DNA of 64,000 nt from Felis catus (Eukaryota): contig NC_058383.1 in NCBI RefSeq assembly GCF_018350175.1, positions 4,650,001-4,714,000 on the forward strand, in the 5' to 3' direction. A program made the position numbers and the translations under genes. Below the pieces are notes generated by a model. It saw only the letters and a program-made list of their open reading frames with translations, was not told the DNA's origin and searched no databases. This document shows, piece by piece, positions 13,181 through 25,053 of this stretch (position 1 is its first letter; every line of letters begins with the position of its first letter).

Positions 13181-13234
13181 GAAGAAGAAGAAGAAGAAGA
13201 AGAAGAAGAAGAAGAAGAAGAAGACGACGACGAC
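13181..13234 (+). repeat. Compound microsatellite (GAA)14(GAC)4
   Basis: Read directly. Confidence 0.95.
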
Positions 13235-13399
13235 AGATACCTGAGATCTTACCTGTCAAAGAGAATTAAGTTTATGTTAGGTTAAAACGTCATTTTTCAA
13301 AAATGGGATAAGGACGATGATTTATCATTATTATTATTATTTTTTTTTTTTTGGTGAAATTATATAACCACGTTCTTGGCCAGTTGTTTCTTAATGCTT

Positions 13400-13760
13400 T
13401 CATAGTTCATCCTAAATTCACCTGGTGATCTGGGTGCCCATTCGTGCTAGTTGTCTCTGTTCAAAGGATAAAGCAAACTATTCACATTTCTCCAACAACA
13501 AGGTAGTTACAGCTCAAAGCAAGGTGCCTAGAGCCCATGCTTAACGACCTCCCTGCCCCCTGTGGGGACAGAGAGGGACAATAGCTTCCTAGAGGTTTAC
13601 ATTTCAAAGAGATGGCTCGCAGGTCCTTAAGAAAAACCTTCCTGGGTTGTAATGCTGGCAAGATAATTATTTAGCTTCTAAGGATATTTAGATACATATG
13701 CAATCGACAGAGGAAGTATTTATATTTCAAGTTTTCTCAAGGCATTGCTCTTTTAAATGG
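13400..13760 (-). mobile_element. ERV1-class LTR fragment (MER34-like)
   Basis: tttacatttcaaagagatggctcgcaggtccttaagaaaaaccttcctgggttgtaatgctggcaaga resembles the MER34 family as I recall it. Confidence 0.5.
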
Positions 13761-14552
13761 TAGTAATAGGTACTGATGCATGCAAATGAGTGGTCACATA
13801 ACCCATTCCTGATTTCTCTAGCTGAGCTGTTGCATCAAACTAATCCCGCACAAAATGCGTGCTTCTCCCAAAGCTTCTCTTGGCAGTGACTACTTAGCCA
13901 GGGACAGTCTTTCCCAGCTCTTGTTGCTATTAAATGTGGCCTGTGCCTGAATTCTCACGAACTGAATGCTGGAATTTGAGTGAGGTGACCACACCTCACC
14001 TGGGCCTGAGCCAGGAGAACCTCCAGGCACATTTCTTCCATGTTCTTTTCCACTTTCACCAGGTAAAGGATGGAAGCTTCGCTGAGCTTCTTGGAGAAGA
14101 CAGGCAGAGTGCCCATCCACCTGGCCCAGCCTCCAGCTCTTGCCTCCCCTACACTTACTGACTGGCTCAGTCTTCAGCCGAAGACTGGGATGCCCTCCTG
14201 CCTCTCCCCACTCTGGTTCTCTGCCTGTGAACCCTGGCTGCCATGGGCGCCCCAACACGCAACTCTGTCCCTGCAACTCAGAGACCCACTGGGCTCCCCC
14301 ACTCCTCCTCCCCTGTACCTTGGCCTGGACACTCTCTGGGTGGCGAACTGGACACTCTCAAGGCTCACCCCTCTCTCCAAATGGCTAAAACCTGTCATTT
14401 CATATATCATATATTTCCGCCTTCTAAAAACGTATTTAAGCTGGGAGGGCAAATCTGGACCCTATGTTTCCACCTGGGCCAGAAGCAGCAGAGGCCTGCC
14501 TTTCAATGTGGCTTCACTTATTAGTGTTGACAATATAAAGCTTTCTATTTTG

Positions 14553-14760
14553 GGGTGGAGACACCTGGGTGGCTCAGTTGGTTAAGTGTCCGACTCTTGA
14601 TTTCGGCTCAGGTCATGATCTCACAGTTCATGGGATCAAGCCCCACGTGGGGCTCTGTGCTGACAGTGCGCAGCCTGCTTGGGATTCGCTCTCTCTCCCT
14701 CTCTCTCTGCCCTTCACACATTCTCTCTCTCAAAATAAATAAACATTAAAAAAAATAAAG
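14553..14760 (+). mobile_element. Can-SINE
   Basis: SINEC head, body and tail. Confidence 0.88.
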
Positions 14761-15269
14761 CCTTCTCTTTCTGTATTTGTATAAAATACAAATATTTTCC
14801 CAATTCATCATCAATCTTCCTAACTTAATCTTTTACTTTCATTTTCTATCACACGGACATTATTTTTTTGGGTTCAAATCATTCAGGCTCTCCTCACATT
14901 TCTCATGTGTTGACATTGTACTTGAAGAAGCCTTTCCCACCCTTAATTTTCTAAGTTGTGGCCTGTGTTTGCTCCTGTTTGTTTTCTTTTCTCTGTAATG
15001 TGTCAATTTTATTAAGATACCAGCACCCATCTTCAAGATTTGCAAACCATTCTTGAAGTCTTTCACCCATTTTTTCCCGAAACTAACATATTCACCATGA
15101 CCAGGAAATGTGAGAGACTAAGAAAAAAGTCCAAGGTTTCTCATTTGTTTGAAAGAACTGGTTCTTCTCTGGAGCCTCGGGACATGCCTTGCTTTAATGG
15201 AATGGTCGCCAGAAGTGTCAGGACAGTAACAGTCAAATCTGAATTCCCTCTTATTCAAAATACTGGTTG

Positions 15270-15700
15270 GATCAGTTTACAGGGAAGCTGTAATGAAGTA
15301 AGACCAACCAGGTGGCTTTAACCACAGAAGTGCATTGTCTCCGGTTCTGGAGGCTGGGAGTCTGAGATCCAGGCGTGGACAGGGCTGGTTCCCTCTGAGG
15401 GCGGTGGGGGCGGGTGCGCTCCATCTTCTTTACTTGGCTTGTAGGTGACCATCTTCTCTCCATGTGTCATCACATTGTCTTCCCTCTACTTCAGTGTCTC
15501 TGCGTCCAAATTTCCCCTTTTTATAAGGATGCCACCCATACTGAATTAGTGCCCATCCTAATGGCCTCATTTTTTTTAGACTTGATTTCCTCCGTAAAGA
15601 CCTAACCACCAAATAAGATCACATTCTGAGGTACTAGGGGGTTAGGACTTCAACACATGAACAGGGTGGTGGGGATGGGGGCACACAATTCACCCACAGC
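15270..15700 (-). mobile_element. MaLR LTR (MLT1-type)
   Basis: ttctggaggctgggagtctgagatccagg...caaataagatcacattctgaggtactagggggttaggacttcaaca. Confidence 0.75.
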
Positions 15701-16085
15701 ATTTGTGTACCCGGTCACATCAAATTCACTACAAGTGCTTTCTCACTGCTTTGCTTATGCTGTGGGAAAGGCCCTTAAAGATCATCTTATCTACACCTTT
15801 TATTTTATAGATGAAGAAATGGGGGCTTGGAAGGAGGAAGGATTTGCCCAAGGGCACATACTAGTTTATAATAGAACCACTACTTTCCCATTCCCCACCC
15901 CCACCTCCATCTTTTGATAGGCACATCATACTAACTGGCTTATGTCTTCCAGATTGTCTGGGCGGATGGAGAAGAGAATGGGATGAACGGGATATAGGAC
16001 TTGAATCAGAGCAGTCGAGGTGAAACCTGGGATCCCGCTTCAGTCTTTTGAGTTTCACATCCTTTGTTTCTCAAAGACAAAACTC

Positions 16086-17745
16086 AGGGGCGCCTGGGTG
16101 GCTCAGCTGGTTAAGCATCTGACTCTTGATTTCAGCTCAGGTCATGATCTCATGGTTTGTGAGTTCGAGCCCTGTGTTGGGCTCTGTGCTGACACCATGA
16201 AGCCTGCTGAGTATTCTCTTTCTCCTCTCTCTCTGCCCCTCTCCCAATGTCTGTCTGTCTCTTTCTCTCTCAAATAAATTAGTTTTTAAAAAAGGACAAA
16301 TCCCAGCACCCTGTTTTCTCAACTCAACAGAGAAAATGAGACAATCCTCCTGAAAATGCCTTATAAAGGATAACTATCTCAAAACAAGATTTGAAACCAT
16401 AAATGGGCACATTGGTGTGTAGATAACATTTTATAGCACTTAAGAGAGGCAATGATATCAGACTACAACTAACATGATTTTAGGACCCACTGAGAGTGTG
16501 TCAGACATGGTGGAGGGGCGCATAAAAGTTAAAGACCAAGGGGAGCCTGGGTGGCTCAGTCAGTTGAGTGTCTGACTTTGGCTCAGGTTATGATCTCCCG
16601 GTTCATGGGTTCGAGCCCTGCATCAGGCTCTGTGCTGACAGTTCAGCTTCAGATCTGTGTCTCCCTCTCTCTCTCTGACCCTCTCCCACTTGCACTCTGT
16701 CTCTCTCTCTCAACAATACATAAACATTAAAAATCTGTAAAGAAATTTAACACAGTGTTTAAAACTTGACATGTAATTGTTAAAAAAAAAAGTTAAAGAC
16801 TTTAATGATTAGCTTCTGACACCAGATCTTAGAGGTCAGTATCAAGAACCTCATCCCATCTCCCCATCCCAGACACTCTGTGTCGTCTTCTGAGGGTTTT
16901 CCCTAGGTTTTACAGGTCACAGGAGGGAAGTACAGAGACCATCACTCACTAGAGAATGACAGGCCAGGGTGAGCAGCCCCTGGCGAGACAGGACTTCCTA
17001 GTGGAGAGAGCAGTTTTTCACCAGTACATGCACAGTCACAAAGGATGAACTCTGCTCATGGGTCTCTGTATCCAAATTGGCACCCAGGCGGCTGGACAGG
17101 TTGTCACCAATAAACTGGCCAGAGGATTGAAGGCTGGTTCCAAAGGACCCCTCAGCCTTGGACTCAAGGCCTGACCATGGTCTTGGCATGTCAGGTATAG
17201 ATCATGGCTTATTTCATGCAAGTGTGGCTTTGCTTTCTTTAGGACCCCCATTGCCCTGGGGCGCCTGGGTGGCTCAGTCAGTTAAACATCTGACTCTGGA
17301 TATTGCGATCTCACTGTCACGGGATCAAGCCCATGTTGGGCTCTGTGCTGAGCGTGGAGTCTGCTTGAGATTCTCTATTTGTCTGCCCCTCCCCCACTCA
17401 CTCTCTCTCTCAAAATAAATAAACTTAAAAAAAAAAAAAGGATCCCTATTACTCTGACCTGGGTGGCATGTCCCACAGAGAGATTTCCAAATCTGAATGT
17501 GCATCAGTAAATAAGTTAGGGGCACCTGGATGGCTGAGTCAGTTAAGTGACCGACTCTTGATTTCAGCTCAGGTCATGATCTCAAGGTTCGTGAGTTTGA
17601 GCCCTGTACTGGGCTCTGTACTGATGGTGTGGAGCCTGCTTGGGATCCTGTTTCTTCCTCCCTCTCTGCCCCTCCCCAGCTTGCTCCTTCTCTCTCAAAA
17701 TAAATAAATAAACTTTAAAAAGTAAAATAAAAAAAAAATAAGTTA
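16086..17745 (+). mobile_element. Cluster of four Can-SINEs (~16086-16290, 16539-16735, 17258-17440, 17519-17745)
   Basis: Each has the SINEC head and CT/A tail. Confidence 0.85.
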
Positions 17746-18529
17746 AAGTGGGCCCTACCCCAGTTCTGTTGAACTAGAACCAATGAGGCTGGATCCGGTA
17801 TCTGTATCTCAGTTACTTTCCCCATGTGGTCCTCACGCCAGAAGGACTGCATTTGCAAAGCACTTCTGTTTCATCCTGCCAATATTTCTGCAGTAGCTAC
17901 AGCCACTGTTATATTAAACTGCCTCCGTGGGGGGAAGAGACAGAGAAGAAGTAACAGTTTGCTCTTCCCCGTCTGAGCTGGTTAGCCCATTTTTGGGCAA
18001 TGTACCAACAGTGTATCTTAGGATGGGCCCTGCCTAACTGTGGAACATCCAGACAAGGTAGTGGGGGAGAAAGGACTATGCAAACTGTCTTGAAAAATCC
18101 CCTTCTTCAAAGTAATCCAGGCCTTCATGGCACAGAAGAGAAACTTGAATAGGGACAGAGCATCTGCCTTCTAGTATTGGGAAGCTAGCTTCATCAGGAG
18201 GAAGAGTGGCCTTCCGTTTTGTTATGGAAGGACCCAACCAGCTATGATGGCTGAAAGCATCATGAATGAAATTTAAGTGCAAACTGGCTTCCTAGGAGTT
18301 GAACTTCTCCAGGGATGAGTCATGTGTCCTTCACACAGCAGTGCCTCTTCCACCAGTGGGGACCTGTGGGAGGGCCCCGGGCCCAAGGATACTGTGCAGG
18401 AACCCCAAGGCTGTCTGCATGCTCTCTGAGACCTCGTCCGAGTCTGAAAGTTGACGATTGCAAACAAAGGAGACGCTCAGTCCCTGTGCCTTGGACCAAC
18501 TACTTTCTAACGGTCTTGGCTTTATTCAG

Positions 18530-19170
18530 GTAAAACCGACAAAAAATGGAAAGATATTTAAAGCGTGCATCCAGGTGATTTGATATATGTATCCACCATG
18601 AAAGGATTCTTCCCATCCAGTTAATTAACATATCAATCACCTCACATGCTCACCTTTTTTGGCGTTAGAACACTTAAGTTCTTAGCAAATTTCACTTATA
18701 CAACACAGTGTTATCAACTGTGGTTCCCAGGTTTTATTTGAGATCCTTAGACCTCATTCGTGTTATCACTGAAAGTCTGCACCCTGGCAAACCTCTCTTT
18801 TACCTTCTGTTTCTATGAGGTTGACCTTTTTTTTTTTTTTGAGATTCCACACATAAAGGATACCACGCAGTATTTCTCTTTCTCTGTCTAGCTTATTTCA
18901 CTCAGCACAATGCCCTCGAGGTCCATCCGTGTTATCACAAATGGCAGGATATCCCTCAGATCTCCATGCGTGCACCTTACATCTTCTTTAGCCATCCATC
19001 CGTTGATGGACACGGGTTATCTTGGCTATTGTGAATAATGCTGCAGTGAACACAGGAGGGCAGACATCTCTTTAATATCCTGCTTTTATTTTCTCTCGGT
19101 ATGTGCCCAGAAGTGGGGTTGTGGGATCATATGGTAGTTCTGTTTTGAGAACCCTCCACATTGTTTTCTG
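18530..19170 (-). mobile_element. L1MA-like 3' fragment
   Basis: gagattccacacataa...cttatttcactcagcacaatgccctcgaggtccatccgtgttatcacaaatggcagg...tatcttggctattgtgaataatgctgcagtgaaca. Confidence 0.78.
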
Positions 19171-19269
19171 GGTGAACTGATTTGACTTCACTTATGCCTG
19201 GGTGGGGCTAATTAGAAATACGTGAGTGATGAAAATACAAACTAAAACTCTAGGCCCGTCCTGAATAAC

Positions 19270-19779
19270 AGATGTGCTTCTCATCAAAGTTCACACAGCG
19301 GATGGAAAGCAGGACTCAGAGCCAAAATGTGGAAACGACCCAGGTGTCCATCAACAGGTGGATGAACCAAATGTGGTGTGTAAATACATATGTGTATCAT
19401 ATTGTTATTATATTATTATGAAAGGAACATGCAAAAACACGTAGACACACGATGGCTATTACGCATCCTTAAAAGGAAAGGAACTGTGACAAGCTATAAC
19501 ACGGATGAGGCTTGAGGACATTTTGCTGAATGAAATAAGTCAGAAACGAATGGACAAACACTGCATGCTTCCGTGATGGGGGGTACCTGGAAGTGGCCGT
19601 GTCCATAGAGACAGAAAGTAGGACGGTGGTTGCCAGGGGCTGGGGCGGGGTGGGGGAAGGTGGGGAGGTGGTCCTTACTGGGTGCAGAGTTGCAGCTTCA
19701 GGCAAGATAAAAAAAGTTCTGGAGACGGATGGTGCCGAGGGCCGCGCAATAGCACAATAATGCATGTGTGCCTCATGCC
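19270..19779 (+). mobile_element. L1MB-like 3' fragment
   Basis: tggaaacgacccaggtgtccatcaacagg...aaagttctggagacggatggtg. Confidence 0.72.
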
Positions 19780-20155
19780 NNNNNNNNNNNNNNNNNNNNN
19801 NNNNNNNNNNNNNNNNNNNNNNNNNNNNNNNNNNNNNNNNNNNNNNNNNNNNNNNNNNNNNNNNNNNNNNNNNNNNNNNNNNNNNNNNNNNNNNNNNNNN
19901 NNNNNNNNNNNNNNNNNNNNNNNNNNNNNNNNNNNNNNNNNNNNNNNNNNNNNNNNNNNNNNNNNNNNNNNNNNNNNNNNNNNNNNNNNNNNNNNNNNNN
20001 NNNNNNNNNGGAAGGAGAGGGNNNNNNNNNNNNNNNNNNNNNNNNNNNNNNNNNNNNNNNNNNNNNNNNNNNNNNNNNNNNNNNNNNNNNNNNNNNNNNN
20101 NNNNNNNNNNNNNNNNNNNNNNNNNNNNNNNNNNNNNNNNNNNNNNNNNNNNNNN
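19780..20155. other. Assembly gap (N runs 19780-20009 and 20022-20155) with a 12-bp purine island
   Basis: Read directly. Confidence 0.98.
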
Positions 20156-21229
20156 GCCGGAGTGAGAAGCAGAGGTAGGAGGTAGGTAGGAGGAAGGAGG
20201 TTCAGACGACGCTTCCTCTGATACCACAGGGCCAACCAGTTGGTCATCTGCATTACTACATCCATACTTTCATGTGTCTCCCCACCTCAATAAAACAGAT
20301 TCTGTCCTGGCGATTTTTCCATTTAGTCTCTTTGTGCATGTGCCATTTTCTTCTTAGGATACACAAATGGTAGTGAAATTTCTGGGTCAGGAGTGATACA
20401 CAGGCTCACAAACTTTATCTGCAGACCGGAGCTGATTAATGGCAACTGACGGGCAGGTTTGGAGCGACCCATAGACTTCAGAAACTGTAGACACCATTTG
20501 AAGCGTGTGTGAGCACGCTTCAAACAGTCTCCCCAAAAAGTCTCTCGGGCTCAGTAGAGCATGAGTGTCCCTCCAGCCCAGAATCGCATCAGTAAACATA
20601 GTGTCAGTAAACATCGAGCACAGGAGCTCTGTCAAATTCAGCATTTTGAACTAGCTTTTAACCCAACAAATCAATGTCCCTGGGACCTTCTTTACATACT
20701 GATTTCACTCTCACAAGGTCTTACCTTCCTGCTAAATTTCCTTGTTGGCTTCCTCCCTCTCCCGCCAGACTGCGCCTTGAAATAGGAGTAGAGGGGTGGA
20801 GAGAGTCTGACATGGTTCAAGTTTAGCATGGAGGGAGCCTGGCATCTGCTGGAGAGTGGTCCAGACTCTGGAGGACAGTTCTGGAGGATGGTCCAAGGCT
20901 GGGTTGGCGGCAGGAGATATCCTTTACCCCGATCTCCAAAGTGGACACCTGTCTGGCAGTTACGCGTGTTTTCCTTCAAACTGGTTGCCAGGCTGGAATG
21001 ACCGATGACATCAGAGGCTTCTGACCTTCCTGATTGGAAGGATCAAACTCCACAGTGCTTAGCAGCGGAGGTGGACAACAGCATCTTCTCAGAGCTTTTC
21101 TTCACTTCCAGCTTTTCCCCAGCTCGGAGAAGTGATAACGGGCTTGTGTTCAGCCAGAATCCAGAAGAGGAGTTTGAGCAGAACACAATCTAAGTTTTCT
21201 GGAAGGGAAGAAAGAGTTTGGGAGAAATC

Positions 21230-21338
21230 ATGGCCGGTTGTCAACCGTGTTCCCGGCCTGAGGACCAGAGCCCACAGCCCAGCTCCTCGGGGTACCCCCT
21301 GCGGGCAGTAATGGGTGAAGAAAGCCCAGGACCATCAG
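21230..21338 (+). CDS. SPDYE-like coding exon 1
   Basis: atcATGG start; [24 protein letters not shown]...PGPS; donor TCAG|GTGAGG. Confidence 0.85.
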
Positions 21339-24300
21339 GTGAGGAAGCAGGAGGAAGAAGGGACTTGAGAGTGTTGACTAGGAAGGAGGAAGGGGTACAC
21401 AAGTCAGAAAGGAGCATGTGAGTAGGGTTTGTGTGACAGGAGAGATTCAGAGAGCCAGGACCTAAGGACAAGGATATCCCCATGGAAGGAAAACCTGGGG
21501 GGCAAGGAAGGAGGGTCAGGAGATGAGATCCTCAAATGAGATAAAGGAGGAGAGGAAATTATTCCACTATTCCATTATTCCAATGGGAGAGATTAACTAG
21601 AATGAGGAAGAGTTTCGAGGACAGGGGGATGGAACAGTGGCAAAGATGAATGGGGGCAGGTGGCTATCAACAAGGCAGAAAGATGGAAAGATGGTTTGGG
21701 AGAGGCCAATAGTCTCCGAGGTCAGAGAGAATGAGGGGAGGTTTGGGTTGCGGAGGGGCTTGGGTGACCAATGGCTGAATCCCAAAGACAGAAGCTTTAT
21801 ATTGGAGCCTGGTTTGTTCACTCAGCCCCCCGGGTAGACCCCCATCCCCCGCCTCCCTCCTGTGGCTGGAAGAGGAGAAGGGAGGAGTCAGAGGAGGAGA
21901 CAGCCCCAGGGGCTGAGGACGTCTGGGTCGTGGAGAGGCTGTGTGGACTCAAGATGAAGTTGAAGAGACAGCGGTTGTCTTCAGTGCTGCCTGAGCACCA
22001 TGAGGTTTTCAACAGGCTGCTGGGTAGGCAGAGCACCCTCCAATCCTATCCTTTCTTTTTTTTCCTTAAAAAACAAGAAACTTCCAACGCCTACACTTTT
22101 CCAATGGAAAAGAATTCTCTGCTAGCTGCTGAGCTCTCTCTCCATCCTTGGAGGACCCCATATTGATCCTCATCAGGGACACTTAAAAACGACAGAGGAT
22201 TAGGTGACACTTGGAGAAAGGTCTGTCTCTGGGACAAGAAACCTTGGTTTTGGTCATGCCCCTGGGACATCTCAGCTCTTAGTGGCCTTTTGAAACTAAA
22301 TGCCGTCATCTGTGTGAAGGGGGATGACAGGCCATCTTTGTACCCTGAGGTCACTGTCAAATGAGAAAATGATGGGGAATGACTCTATGGTCTCTGTGGC
22401 CCCTGCAGCAGTACGTGATAATGACAGAGCACCACTCTCTCTTGGCCACCCCGCAAGGATACCACCATATTTTCTTGGCCAGGGAGTGGTCTCCTCTCAC
22501 CTCTGCCCATCAGCCTCACCCTTGGCCACATCCTACAAGCTCTTTCTCCTCTTCAGGGGGAAGCATCATTCTCCTCTTCACTCTGGAATGTTCCCACACT
22601 AACCCAGTTCTGGTTCCCAACCTAACACATGCCTTCTTCTCACAGAAGATCCTGTCGTTAAAAGATTCCTGGCCTGGGACAAAAACCTGAGGGTATCTGA
22701 CAAGGTATCGTCTGTCACTCTCCACTAAGATGTACTCCCGCTCGCTCCAACGTCTGTCCCGGGGCAGGCGGACACCTTCTGAACCCTCAGCTCTCCTTCT
22801 CTCTCCAACCTGATGCTGCCTACACTTCCCTTCAGGCGCCTCATGGTTTCTTGCAGATCCTCTGGGATCTGAACCCCTGTTGTGGCTCTCGGGCTGTTGT
22901 CACCTTAAGTCCCCTCTCCTCTCAGCTCCTGGGGGCTCCCCTTTGCTCCAGCTTATCAAAGACCCTCCTGAAGCTGGCTATCTTAAAGACAAGCCCCCAA
23001 AACAGCAGAGCAAGCCACCCTGGGAGCAGCAGAAACTCTCCCCTTGACTTCCTGGGTTTGAGGCCAACCTTCTGATACCAAATAAGCAGGTTCAGCCGAC
23101 ACGTGGGAGCAGGAGCACCTGCTGAGGCCTTCCACGCCCTGCCCCCACTTTTCTCCTTCCCCTAGGATGTGATCCCTGTCTTATGGCTTTTTTCCTCTCC
23201 CCATCAGTATCTCCTGTCTATGGTCATAGCTTACTTCAGCCGTGCTGGCCTCTTCCCCTGGCAGTTCCAACGAATCCACTTCTTCGTAGCACTGTGAGTG
23301 TTTTGCCTCGGCCATCAGTGGCGCTCAGTACCCTGTGACAACGGAGGGGAGAAGTGGGACTCTGGCCTTCATCTGTTGTTTTCAAGCTTATTTATTTATT
23401 TTGAGGGGGGAGAGCCAGAGAGGGAGGGAGAGAGAGAGAACCCCAAGCAGGCTCCTCGCTGTGGGCACAGAGCCCATCGCGGGGCACAAACTCACAAACC
23501 ACGAGATCGCGACCTGAGCCAAAATCAAGAGTCAGATGCTTAACTGACTGAGCCACCCAGGCGCCCCTCATCTATTTTTTTTTAAACCTGTTTGTAACTG
23601 ATTATTTTTTAACCTGTTTTTTTTTAAACTGTTTAGGGGCGCCTGGGTGGCGCAGTCGGTGAAGCGTCCGACTTCAGCCAGGTCACGATCTCGCGGTCCG
23701 TGGGTTTGAGCCCCGTGTCGGGCTCTGGGCTGATGGCTCGGAGCCTGGAGCCTGTTTCCGATTCTGTGTCTCCCTCTCTCTCTGCCCCTCCCCCGTTCAT
23801 GCTCTGTCTCTCTCTGTCCCAAAAATAAATAAATGTTAAACTGTTTAGTCTGTGTATGAAAACGATAGGATTATAGCATAGCGTTTTTTATACCATTCTT
23901 TCTAAACACAAATAACCCCAACATCAGTTAAGAGACTGAAGAATAGAAAACATAAAACCATCCGAAGAGGAGAGAAGGAAGGAAGTGTACTGCCCTGCCC
24001 CAAGCCAAGAGAGAAGCCCAAGTGACATCCACCATTGTCTTCCTCTCCGCATTCCCTGCACAAATGCTTCAGTTCAGGCCCTCAGCACTCAGCAGAGACC
24101 TACTGTAAATACTCCTGCTGGTGTCTTACAAGGCTGTCCCCAAGCCAGCGGGTGTTATGTGCCTAAAGTCCTTCCAAAGCACCCTTCCCTTGCTTCATCT
24201 TCCAACTTCGCTGGCCAGTGGCGCTCTTGGGCAAGGCCAGAGCTCCCAGTTTGGATCCAACCCTCTCCACCCAACCTGCCGAGTACCTTTCCCTCTGTTT

Positions 24301-25011
24301 CTATATTGCGTTTTCTGTCTAGCTGATTTTACACATGCACCTGAAGAAAATGACCTGTCCTCAAGGTTGATTCCGACTCCCAAATCCTCAGATGCTCCCC
24401 TGACCTCTCTGACTTTTGTACCTGAGTAGCGCTTCTGTTAAAATCTTAGCCTCGTAGGGCACTGAGGTGACTCAGTCAGTTGAGCATTTGGCTCAGGTCA
24501 TGATCTCATGGTTCAGGAGTTTGAGCCCCACATCGGGCTCTGTGCTGTCCTCACAGAGCCTGCTTGGGATCCTCTGTACCCCCATCTCTCTGCCCTTGCC
24601 CCACTCGCATTTTCTTTCTCTCTCTCTCTCAGAAATAAATGAACATTAAAAAAACATTTTCAGGGAGCTTGTGTGGCTCAGTTGGTTAAGCGTCCGACTT
24701 CGGCTCAGGTCATGATCTCGTAGTATGTGAGTTCAAGACCCATGTCATGCTCTGTGCTGACAGCTCAGAGCCTGGAGCCTGCAGCCTCCTTCAGATTCCA
24801 TGTCTCCCTCTCCCTCTGCCCCTCCCCCACTCATTCTCTCTCTCTCACTGCCCGCCCCCTGTCTGTCTCTCTCTCTCTCTCTCAAAAATACACATTAAAA
24901 AACATTTTCAAAAAATAATCCTAGTCTTATGGATATTTTGGACTATAGTTATTTAAAAAATATATTTAATGTTTATTTTTGAGAGAGAGAGAGAGAGAGA
25001 GAAAGAGAGAC

Positions 25012-25053
<42 letters not shown>

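Noticed and set aside
19469-20265. ORFs spanning N runs
   Set aside because: Open only because N codons contain no stops.
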